DNA from: Thermodesulfobacteriota bacterium
Lineage (GTDB): Bacteria > Desulfobacterota > Desulfobulbia > Desulfobulbales > SURF-16
Assembly: GCA_040755455.1 (NCBI GenBank)
Contig: JBFMAY010000055.1
Span: 1 to 21,402 of the forward strand
Direction of reading: 5' to 3'
Length of the DNA: 21,402 nt
Within the stretch, counting starts at the first letter, position 1. Every line of letters starts with the position of its first letter. The translations under genes were made by a program, and so were the position numbers. Below, in pieces: positions 8,912 to 17,800 of this stretch. The notes under the pieces were generated by a model. It was given only the letters and a program-made list of their open reading frames with translations, searched no databases and was not told where the DNA came from.

Positions 8912-9865
8912 TTATTTTTCAGGAGTCAAATACGCAAAAACAGAAGGAAAGAGAACCTTAAAATCCCCAAGCAGAGGGATCATCACCTCCCGCATGGAGG
9001 GATCGGCGCCCTTGGAGGTCCGCAGCTTGAACATATGGAGCCACTGGAGAAGATTGGCGTAGACAATCAGTTCGGTTTTACAGGAATTGGGCAGGACGGT
9101 CCTGGCCGCCTGGGGTGTTGATGTTTCCAGCAGCTTGACATACAGCCTTTCCGTTTCCAGCATGGCGGTTTCCCAGAGCGTATACTCCGCACTGCCTTGC
9201 TCGTAAAAAAGAGGTTTGATGAATGTCACCTGACTGCCGAACTTGCTGTCGCTATAGCGGCAGTAACGCTGACTTTCCTGGAGAAAGCCGCAGGGACGAT
9301 GCCTTACCATTTCATGGGTGACTGCTCGATTAACGATAAATCTTACCGCAATATAGCGATGCTTGGCGAACAGATCGGAGGACAGGGCATCAACCTCGGC
9401 CAGCGGCAGCTTTTCCACCAGCACCCCCTCCTGCTGGAGCACCCCCCTTTTCGGCAGGATATCTTCAAAAAAGAGCGGATGTCTTTCCGCCAGATAATGG
9501 GTGATGCCCTTGACGATCTTGAGGTTGCCGTGGCCTTGAAAAAGTTCGCGGAAGGCGCGGACGGAACCGCTGACCAGCAGGGTCTTTTTCTCCGTTCTAT
9601 CAATCTGCAGATATTTGGGCAGCACGGCAAAGAGCTGGGCCAGGTGCGACTCGCGATCAACATCAATTTTTAACGTCAAAACAGCCATTTCAGCAACAGA
9701 ATTATGGCCGTGCTTTAATATCCGGCGGATAAAGGGCGGGGCGGAATCGGCGGTGATCTTATCTTCGCTTTTATAGCAGAGACGTCCGCATGCCTCGATG
9801 CGCACGGCCAGGCTTTGCCGGTCAAGATCCGTGAGGATTTCATAGGAGGGAGGAATGACTTGCAT
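8912..9865 (-). CDS. thyX: FAD-dependent thymidylate synthase
   Basis: Motifs GRLCYKS, KHGHNSVAE, HEMVRHRPCGFLQESQRY (ThyX signature), ARTVLPN, LRT. Start placed at ATG 9865 because the track start (TTG 9886) lies inside a REP-like palindrome. Confidence 0.9.
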   Translation of the reverse strand: MQVIPPSYEILTDLDRQSLAVRIEACGRLCYKSEDKITADSAPPFIRRILKHGHNSVAEMAVLTLKIDVDRESHLAQLFAVLPKYLQIDRTEKKTLLVSGSVRAFRELFQGHGNLKIVKGITHYLAERHPLFFEDILPKRGVLQQEGVLVEKLPLAEVDALSSDLFAKHRYIAVRFIVNRAVTHEMVRHRPCGFLQESQRYCRYSDSKFGSQVTFIKPLFYEQGSAEYTLWETAMLETERLYVKLLETSTPQAARTVLPNSCKTELIVYANLLQWLHMFKLRTSKGADPSMREVMIPLLGDFKVLFPSVFAYLTPEK

Positions 9866-9882
9866 GGCTGTTAAGACCTTCG

Positions 9883-9910
9883 GCAAGGGCGGTTTGCGAA
9901 CCGCTCCTGT
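9883..9910. repeat. Degenerate REP-like palindrome between nifS and thyX
   Basis: Minus strand reads ACAGGAGCGGTTCGCAAACCGCCCTTGC. It forms the hairpin GAGCGGTT-CGCA-AACCGCCC and resembles GTAGGGGCGGTTCGCGAACCGCCCCTAC-type REPs. Confidence 0.5.
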
Positions 9911-9950
9911 CGCTCTGTGGTGAAAAATAAACCTCTTACGAATACATCAA

Positions 9951-11132
9951 TCATCTGTTCTGCCAGAAAGGCGACATCTCCCGCAGGTTGGCGATGATGC
10001 CAGGCATTTTATCCAGCACAAAATCCACCTCCTCCTCAGTATTATAGACACTGAGACTGAAACGGATCGAACCGTGGGCGGCGGTGAACGGCACCCCCAT
10101 GGCGCGCAGGACATGGGAGGGCTCGAGAGAGCCGGAGGTGCAGGCGGAGCCTGAAGAGGCACAGATGCCGAATCTGTCCATATGCAGGAGAATCGCCTCC
10201 CCTTCCACATACTCAAAACTGACGTTGGAGGTATTGGGCAGGCGCTGGGTTTTGTGGCCGTTCAAAATGGCGTTGGGAATTTTTTCAAGGAGACCTTTTT
10301 CCAGCTTGTCGCGCAAGGCCCTGACCATGGTGTTTTCCATGGTAATATGGCGGGCGGCCAGTTCACAGGCCTTGCCGAGCCCGATGATGGATGCGACATT
10401 TTCCGTGCCGCCCCTGCGGCCCCGCTCCTGGTGCCCGCCGATGAGAAACGGCACGAAAGGCGTTCTCTTCCTGACGTAGAGCACCCCTACCCCCTTTGGC
10501 GCATGGAGTTTGTGGCCTGACAGGGAGAGAAAATCAACCGGTACCGTGGCCAGATCAATGGGGATTTTCCCCACGGCCTGGACGGCATCGGTATGAAAGA
10601 GGATTCCCCTGTTTTTGGCGATCTTGGCCATTTCCTCAATGGGGAAGATCACCCCTGTTTCATTATTGGCCCACATGACGCTGACAATGGCCGTTTCATC
10701 CCCCAGACTGTCCTCATAGCGCTGCAGATCAATGGTGCCGTCGCTCTCCACCGGAAGTTCGGTAACCCGGTGTTTGTGGCCGGTGAGGGAATCAAGGCTG
10801 CGGCACAGATTTTTCACCGCGGGATGCTCTACCCTGGTGGTGACGATGTGCCTTTTCTCCGGCTGGGCCTGCAGCGCGGCAAGGATTGCCGTGGAGTCAC
10901 TTTCCGTGCCGCAACTGGTAAAGATGATCTCCTCCGGCTCAGCATTGATCAGCGCGGCAATCTGCCCCCTGGCGGTGCGCAGCGCTTTGCCGACCTGCCC
11001 GCCGAAGGTATGCATGCTGGACGGATTGCCGTACAACTCCGAAAAATATGGCATTATGGCCGCAAGAACCTCAGGGGCAACCATGGTGGTTGCATTGTTG
11101 TCCATGTAGATGATTCGATCCGTTCCGTTCAT
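9951..11132 (-). CDS. nifS: Cysteine desulfurase NifS
   Basis: YMDNNATT, YGNPSS, HTDAVQ, PLP lysine in SGHKLHAPKG, catalytic loop SSGSACTSGSLEPSHVL. The start overlaps the nifU stop (ATGA). Confidence 0.95.
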   Translation of the reverse strand: MNGTDRIIYMDNNATTMVAPEVLAAIMPYFSELYGNPSSMHTFGGQVGKALRTARGQIAALINAEPEEIIFTSCGTESDSTAILAALQAQPEKRHIVTTRVEHPAVKNLCRSLDSLTGHKHRVTELPVESDGTIDLQRYEDSLGDETAIVSVMWANNETGVIFPIEEMAKIAKNRGILFHTDAVQAVGKIPIDLATVPVDFLSLSGHKLHAPKGVGVLYVRKRTPFVPFLIGGHQERGRRGGTENVASIIGLGKACELAARHITMENTMVRALRDKLEKGLLEKIPNAILNGHKTQRLPNTSNVSFEYVEGEAILLHMDRFGICASSGSACTSGSLEPSHVLRAMGVPFTAAHGSIRFSLSVYNTEEEVDFVLDKMPGIIANLREMSPFWQNR

Positions 11133-11971
11133 ATCTTGCTCTCCTCAACTATCAAGGTGTCAAGCACCTGCTCCCTGAGTTTTTTCTCGACATATTCCTT
11201 CAATGTCGTCTGGGATTTGGCGCAGCTGGCACAGGAACCCCGCAGGGAAACAATGACATAATCACCATCCACATCGATCAACTCAACATCCCCGCCGTCC
11301 TTTTTCAGGGTCGGCCGGACCTCTCTTTCAAACACATCCTCGATCATCTTGATCTTCTGAATATTGGTCAGCCGCTTGGGCCCGCTCATCGGGATGATCT
11401 TCGGCATGCCGGTCTTTCTCACTTCGTTGATCAGCTCCTGGATGCGCTCCTCGCATTTGCCGCAGCCGCCGCCCGCCTTGGTGAAGTTGGTCACCTCCTC
11501 CACCGTGCGCAGATTGCTCTCCTCGATGGCCCGCTTGATTTCCAGATCAGTCACGCCAAAGCATTCGCAGACAACCTCACCTTCCGCCATGGGCAGGGCG
11601 ACCCCCCGGTAGTTGGCGATGGCTGCCTCCAGGGCCTCACGGCCCATGACGGAACAGTGCATCTTTTCCTTGGGCAGGCTGCCGAGATAGTCGGCGATAT
11701 CCTCATTGGTTATCTTGGAGGCCTCTTCCAGGCTAAGTCCCTTAATCATCTCCGTCAGCGCGGAGGATGAGGCGATGGCGCTGGCGCAGCCAAAGGTCTT
11801 GAACTTGGCGTCAATAATTTTTTGTTTCGTCTCATCAAGTTTGAAGGTGAGTTTCAACGCATCGCCACAGGACAGGGAACCAACTTCGCCGATCCCGTCC
11901 GGATTGTCGATTTCACCTACATTTCGCGGGTTTAAGAAGTGTTCTTTAACTTTATCCGAATATTCCCACAT
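11129..11971 (-). CDS. nifU: Three-domain Fe-S cluster scaffold NifU
   Basis: IscU-like N-domain (SCGD, FGCASA, KMHCS), central BFD-like [2Fe-2S] domain (CECFGV...GGGCGKC) and Nfu C-domain (DGGDVEL...GSCASC). Confidence 0.95.
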   Translation of the reverse strand: MWEYSDKVKEHFLNPRNVGEIDNPDGIGEVGSLSCGDALKLTFKLDETKQKIIDAKFKTFGCASAIASSSALTEMIKGLSLEEASKITNEDIADYLGSLPKEKMHCSVMGREALEAAIANYRGVALPMAEGEVVCECFGVTDLEIKRAIEESNLRTVEEVTNFTKAGGGCGKCEERIQELINEVRKTGMPKIIPMSGPKRLTNIQKIKMIEDVFEREVRPTLKKDGGDVELIDVDGDYVIVSLRGSCASCAKSQTTLKEYVEKKLREQVLDTLIVEESKI

Positions 11972-12108
11972 AGTTCAAATTCCCTTTCATATGGTAACAA
12001 GATGGTTGTGATTCACACACTGAGGCACATCACCGAAGGTTATCGAGACAGAAGCAACAAACATAGTGATTTGCCCGGCAAAAAGCAACAAATATATGGC
12101 CGGGCGGC

Positions 12109-13944
12109 TTACCCCTCCCCCTGGAAAAAACGGGCAATTGACTCGGCCAGCTCAGGGCCGATTCCTGAAACAGCGGCAAGTTCGGCAGTTGAGGCATTTT
12201 TCAGCTTTGCCAGACTGCCGAAGACCTGCAGCAATTTCTTTTTTCTCATGGGGCCGACCCCCGGAATTTGGTCGATCGCCGAGGAAAAGGCCGACTTATG
12301 CCGCAATTTCCGGTGGAAGGTGATGCCGTAACGGTGGGATTCATCCCTGATCCGCATGAGAAAGAGCAGCAGCGGGGAATGGCGGGGCAGCAGGATGGGA
12401 TTCTTGCGGCCCGGCCGGTACAGCTTCTCGCCCTCCTCCCCTTTTTCCTTGGCAATGCCCGCCAGCTCCACCCTGGCCTCCAGGGCAAAGCGCCTGACCG
12501 TGTCGATGGCGACATGCAGCTGCCCCTTGCCGCCGTCAAGCAGCAGCAGATCAGGCAGGTCATCCTCGTCAACCCCTCTTTTCAGCCTGCGTTCCAGCAC
12601 CTCGGCCATCATCCGGTAATCATCCGGTCCGGGAACCGTTTTGATCCTGAAATGGCGGTAGCGTTTGCCTGATTTTTCCCCTTTTTCAAAACAGACCAGG
12701 GAACCCACCGCCTGCTGGCCGCTGATATTGGAGATATCCAGGCATTCGATGCGGTCCGGCCGGCGCTGCAGTTGCAGGGTTTCCTTCAAGGATGAGGCCA
12801 GGACATCCCAGCTCTTTTCCTTTGCGTCCCGCTCGCTGAAAACCTGGCGGGCATTGGCCTGGGCCATGTCGATCAACCGGGTCTTGTCGCCGCGCACCGG
12901 CACCTTGAAAACCACCTGCTGTTTTTTCATCTCCGAGAGCCAAAGGCCGAGCAGCTGATGATCATCCGGCAGAAAAGGAAACAGCACCTCCCTGGGGATA
13001 AAATCCGCCTCCTCATAGTAACGCTTGACGCTTTCCGCCAGCACCTCGCTCTCTTCACCCACCGGCTCGGCCAGAAAAAATACCTGCTGGCCAAGCACCC
13101 TGCCCTGCCGCACGGTGATGACGGAGATGGCCACGGACGGCTCCTCACGCACCATACCGAACACATCAAGCTCAAGGGCGCCTTCCCCGGCCACCACCTG
13201 TTTTTCCAGGGTTTCCGTCAGTGCCCGCAGCTGGTCCCGGTAAAGGGCCGCCTGCTCAAACTGCAGCCGGGAAACGGCCAGGGCCATCTTTTCCTTGAGC
13301 TTGTGGCTAAGCTCCCGGTTTCTGCCCTCAAGTACCAGCAGCACATCCCGTACCATTTCCTGATAGAGGCCGGCATCCGCCTTGCCCATGCAGGGGGCCA
13401 GACATTTTTTCATCTGGAAATTAAGGCAGGGCCGTGACCTTTTTTCCACCTCAGCGCCCTTGCAGCGCCGCAGGGGGAACAGGGCCTGCAGTAGCCGGAT
13501 GGTGGACCACATGGCCGTACTTGAGCTGAACGGCCCGAAGTAGCGGGACTTATCCTTGATCCTGCGCCGGGTCATCATGACCCTCGGCCAGGTTTCGTTA
13601 ACGGTCACCTTGATCAGCGGGTAGTTCTTGTCGTCGCGCAGAATGACATTATACTTGGGCCGGTGCTGCTTGATCACCGAGGCCTCCAGGATGAGCGCCT
13701 CCTTTTCCGTGCGGGTGAGGATGGTTTCCACCCTGGCAACACGGCTGACCATGACAGCGGTTTTCCCATGGGCCGGTCCCTGAAACCGGGCATAGGAGGC
13801 CAGCCGCTTGCGCAGATCAAGGGCCTTGCCCGCATAGATCACCTTGCCGGCGCGGTTGTACATCAGATACACGCCGGGACTGGTGGGGATGGTTTTCAGG
13901 AAATCGGGATTGAGAATGGGATGAATAACCTTTGCCTGTGACAT
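12109..13944 (-). CDS. uvrC: Excinuclease ABC subunit C
   Basis: GIY-YIG domain (PGVYLM...IYAGKA...LRKRLASY), RPKYNVILRDDKNYP, RIECLDISN, DLLLLDGGKGQ, RDESHRYGI and C-terminal HhH motifs. Confidence 0.97.
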   Translation of the reverse strand: MSQAKVIHPILNPDFLKTIPTSPGVYLMYNRAGKVIYAGKALDLRKRLASYARFQGPAHGKTAVMVSRVARVETILTRTEKEALILEASVIKQHRPKYNVILRDDKNYPLIKVTVNETWPRVMMTRRRIKDKSRYFGPFSSSTAMWSTIRLLQALFPLRRCKGAEVEKRSRPCLNFQMKKCLAPCMGKADAGLYQEMVRDVLLVLEGRNRELSHKLKEKMALAVSRLQFEQAALYRDQLRALTETLEKQVVAGEGALELDVFGMVREEPSVAISVITVRQGRVLGQQVFFLAEPVGEESEVLAESVKRYYEEADFIPREVLFPFLPDDHQLLGLWLSEMKKQQVVFKVPVRGDKTRLIDMAQANARQVFSERDAKEKSWDVLASSLKETLQLQRRPDRIECLDISNISGQQAVGSLVCFEKGEKSGKRYRHFRIKTVPGPDDYRMMAEVLERRLKRGVDEDDLPDLLLLDGGKGQLHVAIDTVRRFALEARVELAGIAKEKGEEGEKLYRPGRKNPILLPRHSPLLLFLMRIRDESHRYGITFHRKLRHKSAFSSAIDQIPGVGPMRKKKLLQVFGSLAKLKNASTAELAAVSGIGPELAESIARFFQGEG

Positions 13945-13985
13945 GGGCTTTTCTTACCATAATGGACGGCTTGAGCACAATTTTT
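13929..13985. repeat. Left copy of a 57-bp direct repeat (uvrC first codons plus upstream region)
   Basis: CCTTTGCCTGTGACATGGGCTTTTCTTACCATAATGGACGGC... matches 18838-18894 at 32/33 nt over the first 33 and 50/57 overall (hand alignment). Confidence 0.9.
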
Positions 13986-14000
13986 CTAAAACATTTTTTC

Positions 14001-14029
14001 TTGACATAACATACAGATTCCCCCATCAT
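14001..14029 (+). promoter_or_regulatory. Putative sigma70 promoter for the riboswitch-Rhs unit
   Basis: Perfect TTGACA (14001-14006), 17 nt spacer, CATCAT (14024-14029). The predicted start of about 14035 coincides with the 5' end of the aptamer. Confidence 0.65.
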
Positions 14030-14033
14030 AAAA

Positions 14034-14110
14034 GTACGACAAAGGCAAACCCGGAGCGATCCGGGGACGCAAAGCCACGGGCCTCGCTGAGGCAGCCGGG
14101 CTACCGAAGA
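14034..14110 (+). promoter_or_regulatory. Cyclic di-GMP-I (GEMM-I) riboswitch aptamer
   Basis: CGACAAAGGCAAAC, P2 CCCGGA-GCGA(GNRA)-TCCGGG, GACGCAAAGCC, P3 GCCTC/GAGGC, AGCCGGGCTACCGA. This matches the c-di-GMP-I consensus. Confidence 0.92.
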
Positions 14111-14130
14111 GATATCAGCTAACTGGTTTT

Positions 14131-14167
14131 GAGCCCGTCTTCGGTGTCGGAGGCGGGCTTTTTTTTT
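14131..14167 (+). terminator. Intrinsic terminator forming the riboswitch expression platform
   Basis: 13-bp stem GAGCCCGTCTTCG/CGGAGGCGGGCTT (with G-U pairs), GTGT loop, followed by a T run to 14167. Confidence 0.88.
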
Positions 14168-14188
14168 ATTCTTTTCCAGAGGGAAATA

Positions 14189-14815
14189 ATGAAGAGGCAA
14201 AAAATGCAAGGTAACAGAAAGGGGAGTACGCTGAGCACTGTCAGCTGGAGCGACCAAGTAGTTCGACAAAACATATACAAGAGTTGCAGAAAAAATATTT
14301 CATGTCTGCTTCTTGTGTGTGTCTTGGTGTTCAGCAACGTTGGCCTTACCTTCGCAGGGTGGGAAGATCGGGAGTGTGTTGTCTTAAGTCATCCCTATCT
14401 TCTCTCAAAAGTAAACCCAAAGAGCGGCCGTTTTAATGTTCAAGTATCGTCAGAAGGCATATTGAGTGGTATTAGAACGGCAGAACAGGATGGTTATGAA
14501 CTTCTTAATCGTTCTTGGCCTGGCGTTCGGTATATTCAGCTATTTTATTATGATTTGAAAGAACATAAATGGATAATGCGTTCTCGAATATCTGTACATG
14601 GCCCTGCTACTACTGCTACCAAATCATCTTTAGATAAAATATTGACCGCATTTTCTTATGCAAAAACATTCGTTTCCATTGCATCCAATATCCCATGGAT
14701 AGCTAACCAATTCCCTAATGGTTGTTCTGATATCCCAGGCTTTTCAAGTGAGCTAAAGTTTGAGGCAACCGACGACACCGGCAATCCAGAGTGCAATCAG
14801 ATCCCCGCAGATTGA
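14189..14815 (+). CDS. Hypothetical exported protein upstream of Rhs (208 aa)
   Basis: ATG 14189 follows AGAGGG. A basic N-region precedes a hydrophobic stretch ISCLLLVCVLVFSNVGLTFA|GW. AT-rich DNA; no family recognised. Confidence 0.65.
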   Translation: MKRQKMQGNRKGSTLSTVSWSDQVVRQNIYKSCRKNISCLLLVCVLVFSNVGLTFAGWEDRECVVLSHPYLLSKVNPKSGRFNVQVSSEGILSGIRTAEQDGYELLNRSWPGVRYIQLFYYDLKEHKWIMRSRISVHGPATTATKSSLDKILTAFSYAKTFVSIASNIPWIANQFPNGCSDIPGFSSELKFEATDDTGNPECNQIPAD

Positions 14816-14829
14816 GAAGGAATGCTCAA

Positions 14830-17800
14830 ATGAATACATTTTTAAAAATCGTTTTATTTCTTACTGTCTTCACATTTGGCCTGTCCGAGCCGCTTCATGC
14901 CACCTCGGTAAACGTCGCCAACGGCAACCTGTATGAGCAGGTGAGCGTTTCGCCCCTGCCCAGGCTGCCGGTGGCAATATCCTACAACTCCAAGTCCGAG
15001 CGGGAGAGCGTGTTCGGCTGGGGCTGGAACGCAAATTTTACCATCCGCCTGCTGCTGAACGCGGACGGCTCCTGTGTATTGATCGACGCGGATGGCGCGG
15101 AGGAAATGTTCACCCCAAGGGGCGACGGCTCCTTCACCGCTGCCGCAGGGGTCCATGACCGCCTGCAGAAACTCGGCGACGCCTTTCGCCTGCAGCGCAA
15201 GTCCGGCGATTATATTGACTTTGCCGCCAACGGTCTGCCGCTTGCCATGGTGGACAGCAACGCCAACGCCATTACCCTGGTCTACGAAGGTGATAAGCTG
15301 TCCATGCTCACCGGCCCCAACGGCGAAGAACTCACATTCACCACCGACAGCCAGGGCCGCATTGTCGCCATCACCGCTGCGGCGGACAAATCCTTCTCCT
15401 TTACTTACGACGGCAACAACAACCTCGCCTCCATTACCGACCCGGCCGGCCAGACCATCCGCTACGGCTATGACGATAGCCACAACCGCATCGCCAGGAC
15501 CAATCCCCTGGGGCAGAGCTGCAACTACCATTACGACGCCAAGGACCGGGTGGTCGCCACAATGAACAGCGCCGGCGAGCCCCGCGCCATCGAGTATGTG
15601 AGCGATACCCTCACCCGGGTTATCGATCCATTGGGCAACGCCACAGAATACAGCATTGATGAGAAGCAGCATATCATCGCAAAAAAGGACGCGGCCGGCA
15701 ATGTCACGGCCAACACCTGGGACGAGGCGGGCAACAAGACCGCAGTCACCGATGCCTCGGGCACCGTCAGCATGACCTGGGATGCCAGGGGCAACCTGCT
15801 CTCCCGCACCGACCAGCTCGGCCAGACCACCAGCTACACATACAGCGACCTGAATCGTATCACCGCGATCATGGACCCGCAGGCCGCGGTGACCGCCTTT
15901 GCTTACGATGCCAGGGGCAACCTGCTCGCCGCCACCGACGCCCTGGGCAGCACCACCACCTTTGCCTATGACGCCAAGGGCCGGCCCGTCACCATCACCG
16001 ATGTCCTGGGCCGGGTCACCAGCCTGACCTATGACCGCCAAGGCAATGTCGTCTCCTTTGTTGATCCGCTGGGCACGGTCACCACCATGGCCTATGACGC
16101 GGCCGGCAACATGACCGCCATAACCGACGCCCTGGGCAACACCACCGCCTTCAGCCATGACGCGCTGGGCCGGGTGCTCACCATGACCGACGCCAAGGGC
16201 CAGGTGACAAGTTCTATCTACGATGGGCTGGGCAACCGGGTGGCAATGACCGATGCCAACGGCAACACCACACGCTATGAGTATGACCACCGCCGGCAGG
16301 TAACCCGCATCATCGATGCCCTGGACCAGAGGACCGATATCATCTATCCGGCGGGCGGCAGATCGCCGGCAAGCCTCACCGACGCCAGGGAGCAGACCAC
16401 CACCTTTGCCTATGACAGCCTGGGCCGCCTGGTCCGGGAGACCGATCCCCTGGGCATGAGTGTTACCTATCAGTATGATGCCACGGGCAACCGCATCTGT
16501 CGCATTGACAGCGCCGGCAACACTACTGCCTATGCTTACGACGCCCTGGGTCGGCTCATTACCAAGACCTTTGCCGACGGCACCTGGGCTGCCTTCAGCT
16601 ATGACAACAAGGGCCGGCTGCTCACCGCGGCCAACCAGCATGTGGCCTACTCCATGACCTACGACGCCCTGGGCCGGCAGCTCTCCATCACCGACTCCAA
16701 TAAACGAACCATCAGCTACGAGTACGACCAACTTGGCAACCGCACCCGGCTGATCATGCCGGACGGCGGCAGGGTGGATTACCGCTATGACGAGGCGAAC
16801 AGGCTCCTGGCCATCGACTCCTTCCTGGGCGTTTTCAGCTTGGGCTATGACACCCTGGGCCGCCGCACCTCCCTTGCCCACCCCAACGGTGTCACCACGG
16901 AGTACAGCTACGACACATTGGGCCTGCTCACCGGCATCATCACCAGGGGCGGTGGCCGGGACGGTCTGCTCAATTCTTTTACCTACAGCCACGACCCGGC
17001 GGGCAACCGGCTGGCCAAGAGCGTGGAAGCCGCCATGGGCCATGGCCGCGGACAGCGGCACCAGACCCAGCGCTTCGTGTACACCTATGACGCGGTCTAC
17101 CAGCTCATCGATACCCTGGCCATGCGCGAGAACAAACGAAGAGAAAAAGAGCTGCGCCACCTGTCGGAATCCTTCACCTACGACCCGGCGGGCAACCGCC
17201 TCACCGGCCCGCGCTGGGATGATCTGTATACCCATAACGAGGCCAACCAGCTGCTTGCCGGCCCTGACCATGACTACATCTACGACGCCAACGGCAATCT
17301 GAGCGAGAAAATCGAGACCAGTGACGGTGGCCAGGCTGGCTGGCGCTATGAGTATGACTTGGAGAACCGGCTGGTCAAGGCAATCAGGACGGATGAGGAC
17401 GAAATCAAGACCGTCTCCTGCAAGTACGACCCCTTCGGACGCAGGCTCGAGAAAAAGGTGGAGGTGCGCGATCTTCGCGCAGGCTGCGTTAAGACCAAGA
17501 TATACACCTATGTGTATGACAACGAGGATATCATCCTGGAGATCCGTTCAGGCGGTGAGGATGAGGATAATGACAACGATGGCCGCGGCAAATATGGCCA
17601 TGGTTGGCGGAAACAAATCAGCAGGCCGGCTGTCAGCCGTTTCGTGCATGGGCCCGGTATTGATGAACCCCTTGCCATCGATCAACAGGGAAGGGTATAC
17701 TTTTATCATGCGGACGGGCTGGGCAGCATCACCAGCCTGACCGATGCCAAAGGCCGGGTAGCGCAGACCTATGAGTATGACTCCTTCGGCAACCTGGGTC

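Noticed and set aside
14129..14188. ORF-track 5' extensions at 14129, 14791, 18929 and 9886
   Set aside because: They run through a terminator, an upstream gene, intergenic DNA or a palindrome. Downstream ATGs (14189, 14830, 19058, 9865) fit better.
13817..14337. Minus-strand ORFs 13817-14269 and 14119-14337
   Set aside because: They overlap the riboswitch, terminator and uvrC start, and have no protein-like features.
15781..15927. 21-bp exact repeat GATGCCAGGGGCAACCTGCTC at 126-bp spacing; considered as CRISPR or recombination repeat
   Set aside because: In-frame coding repeats (DARGNLL) of the YD array.
14854..17271. 805-aa minus-strand ORF
   Set aside because: Antisense shadow of the GC-rich repetitive Rhs gene. 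Its VIG/GVG repeats mirror YD codons and show no independent motifs.
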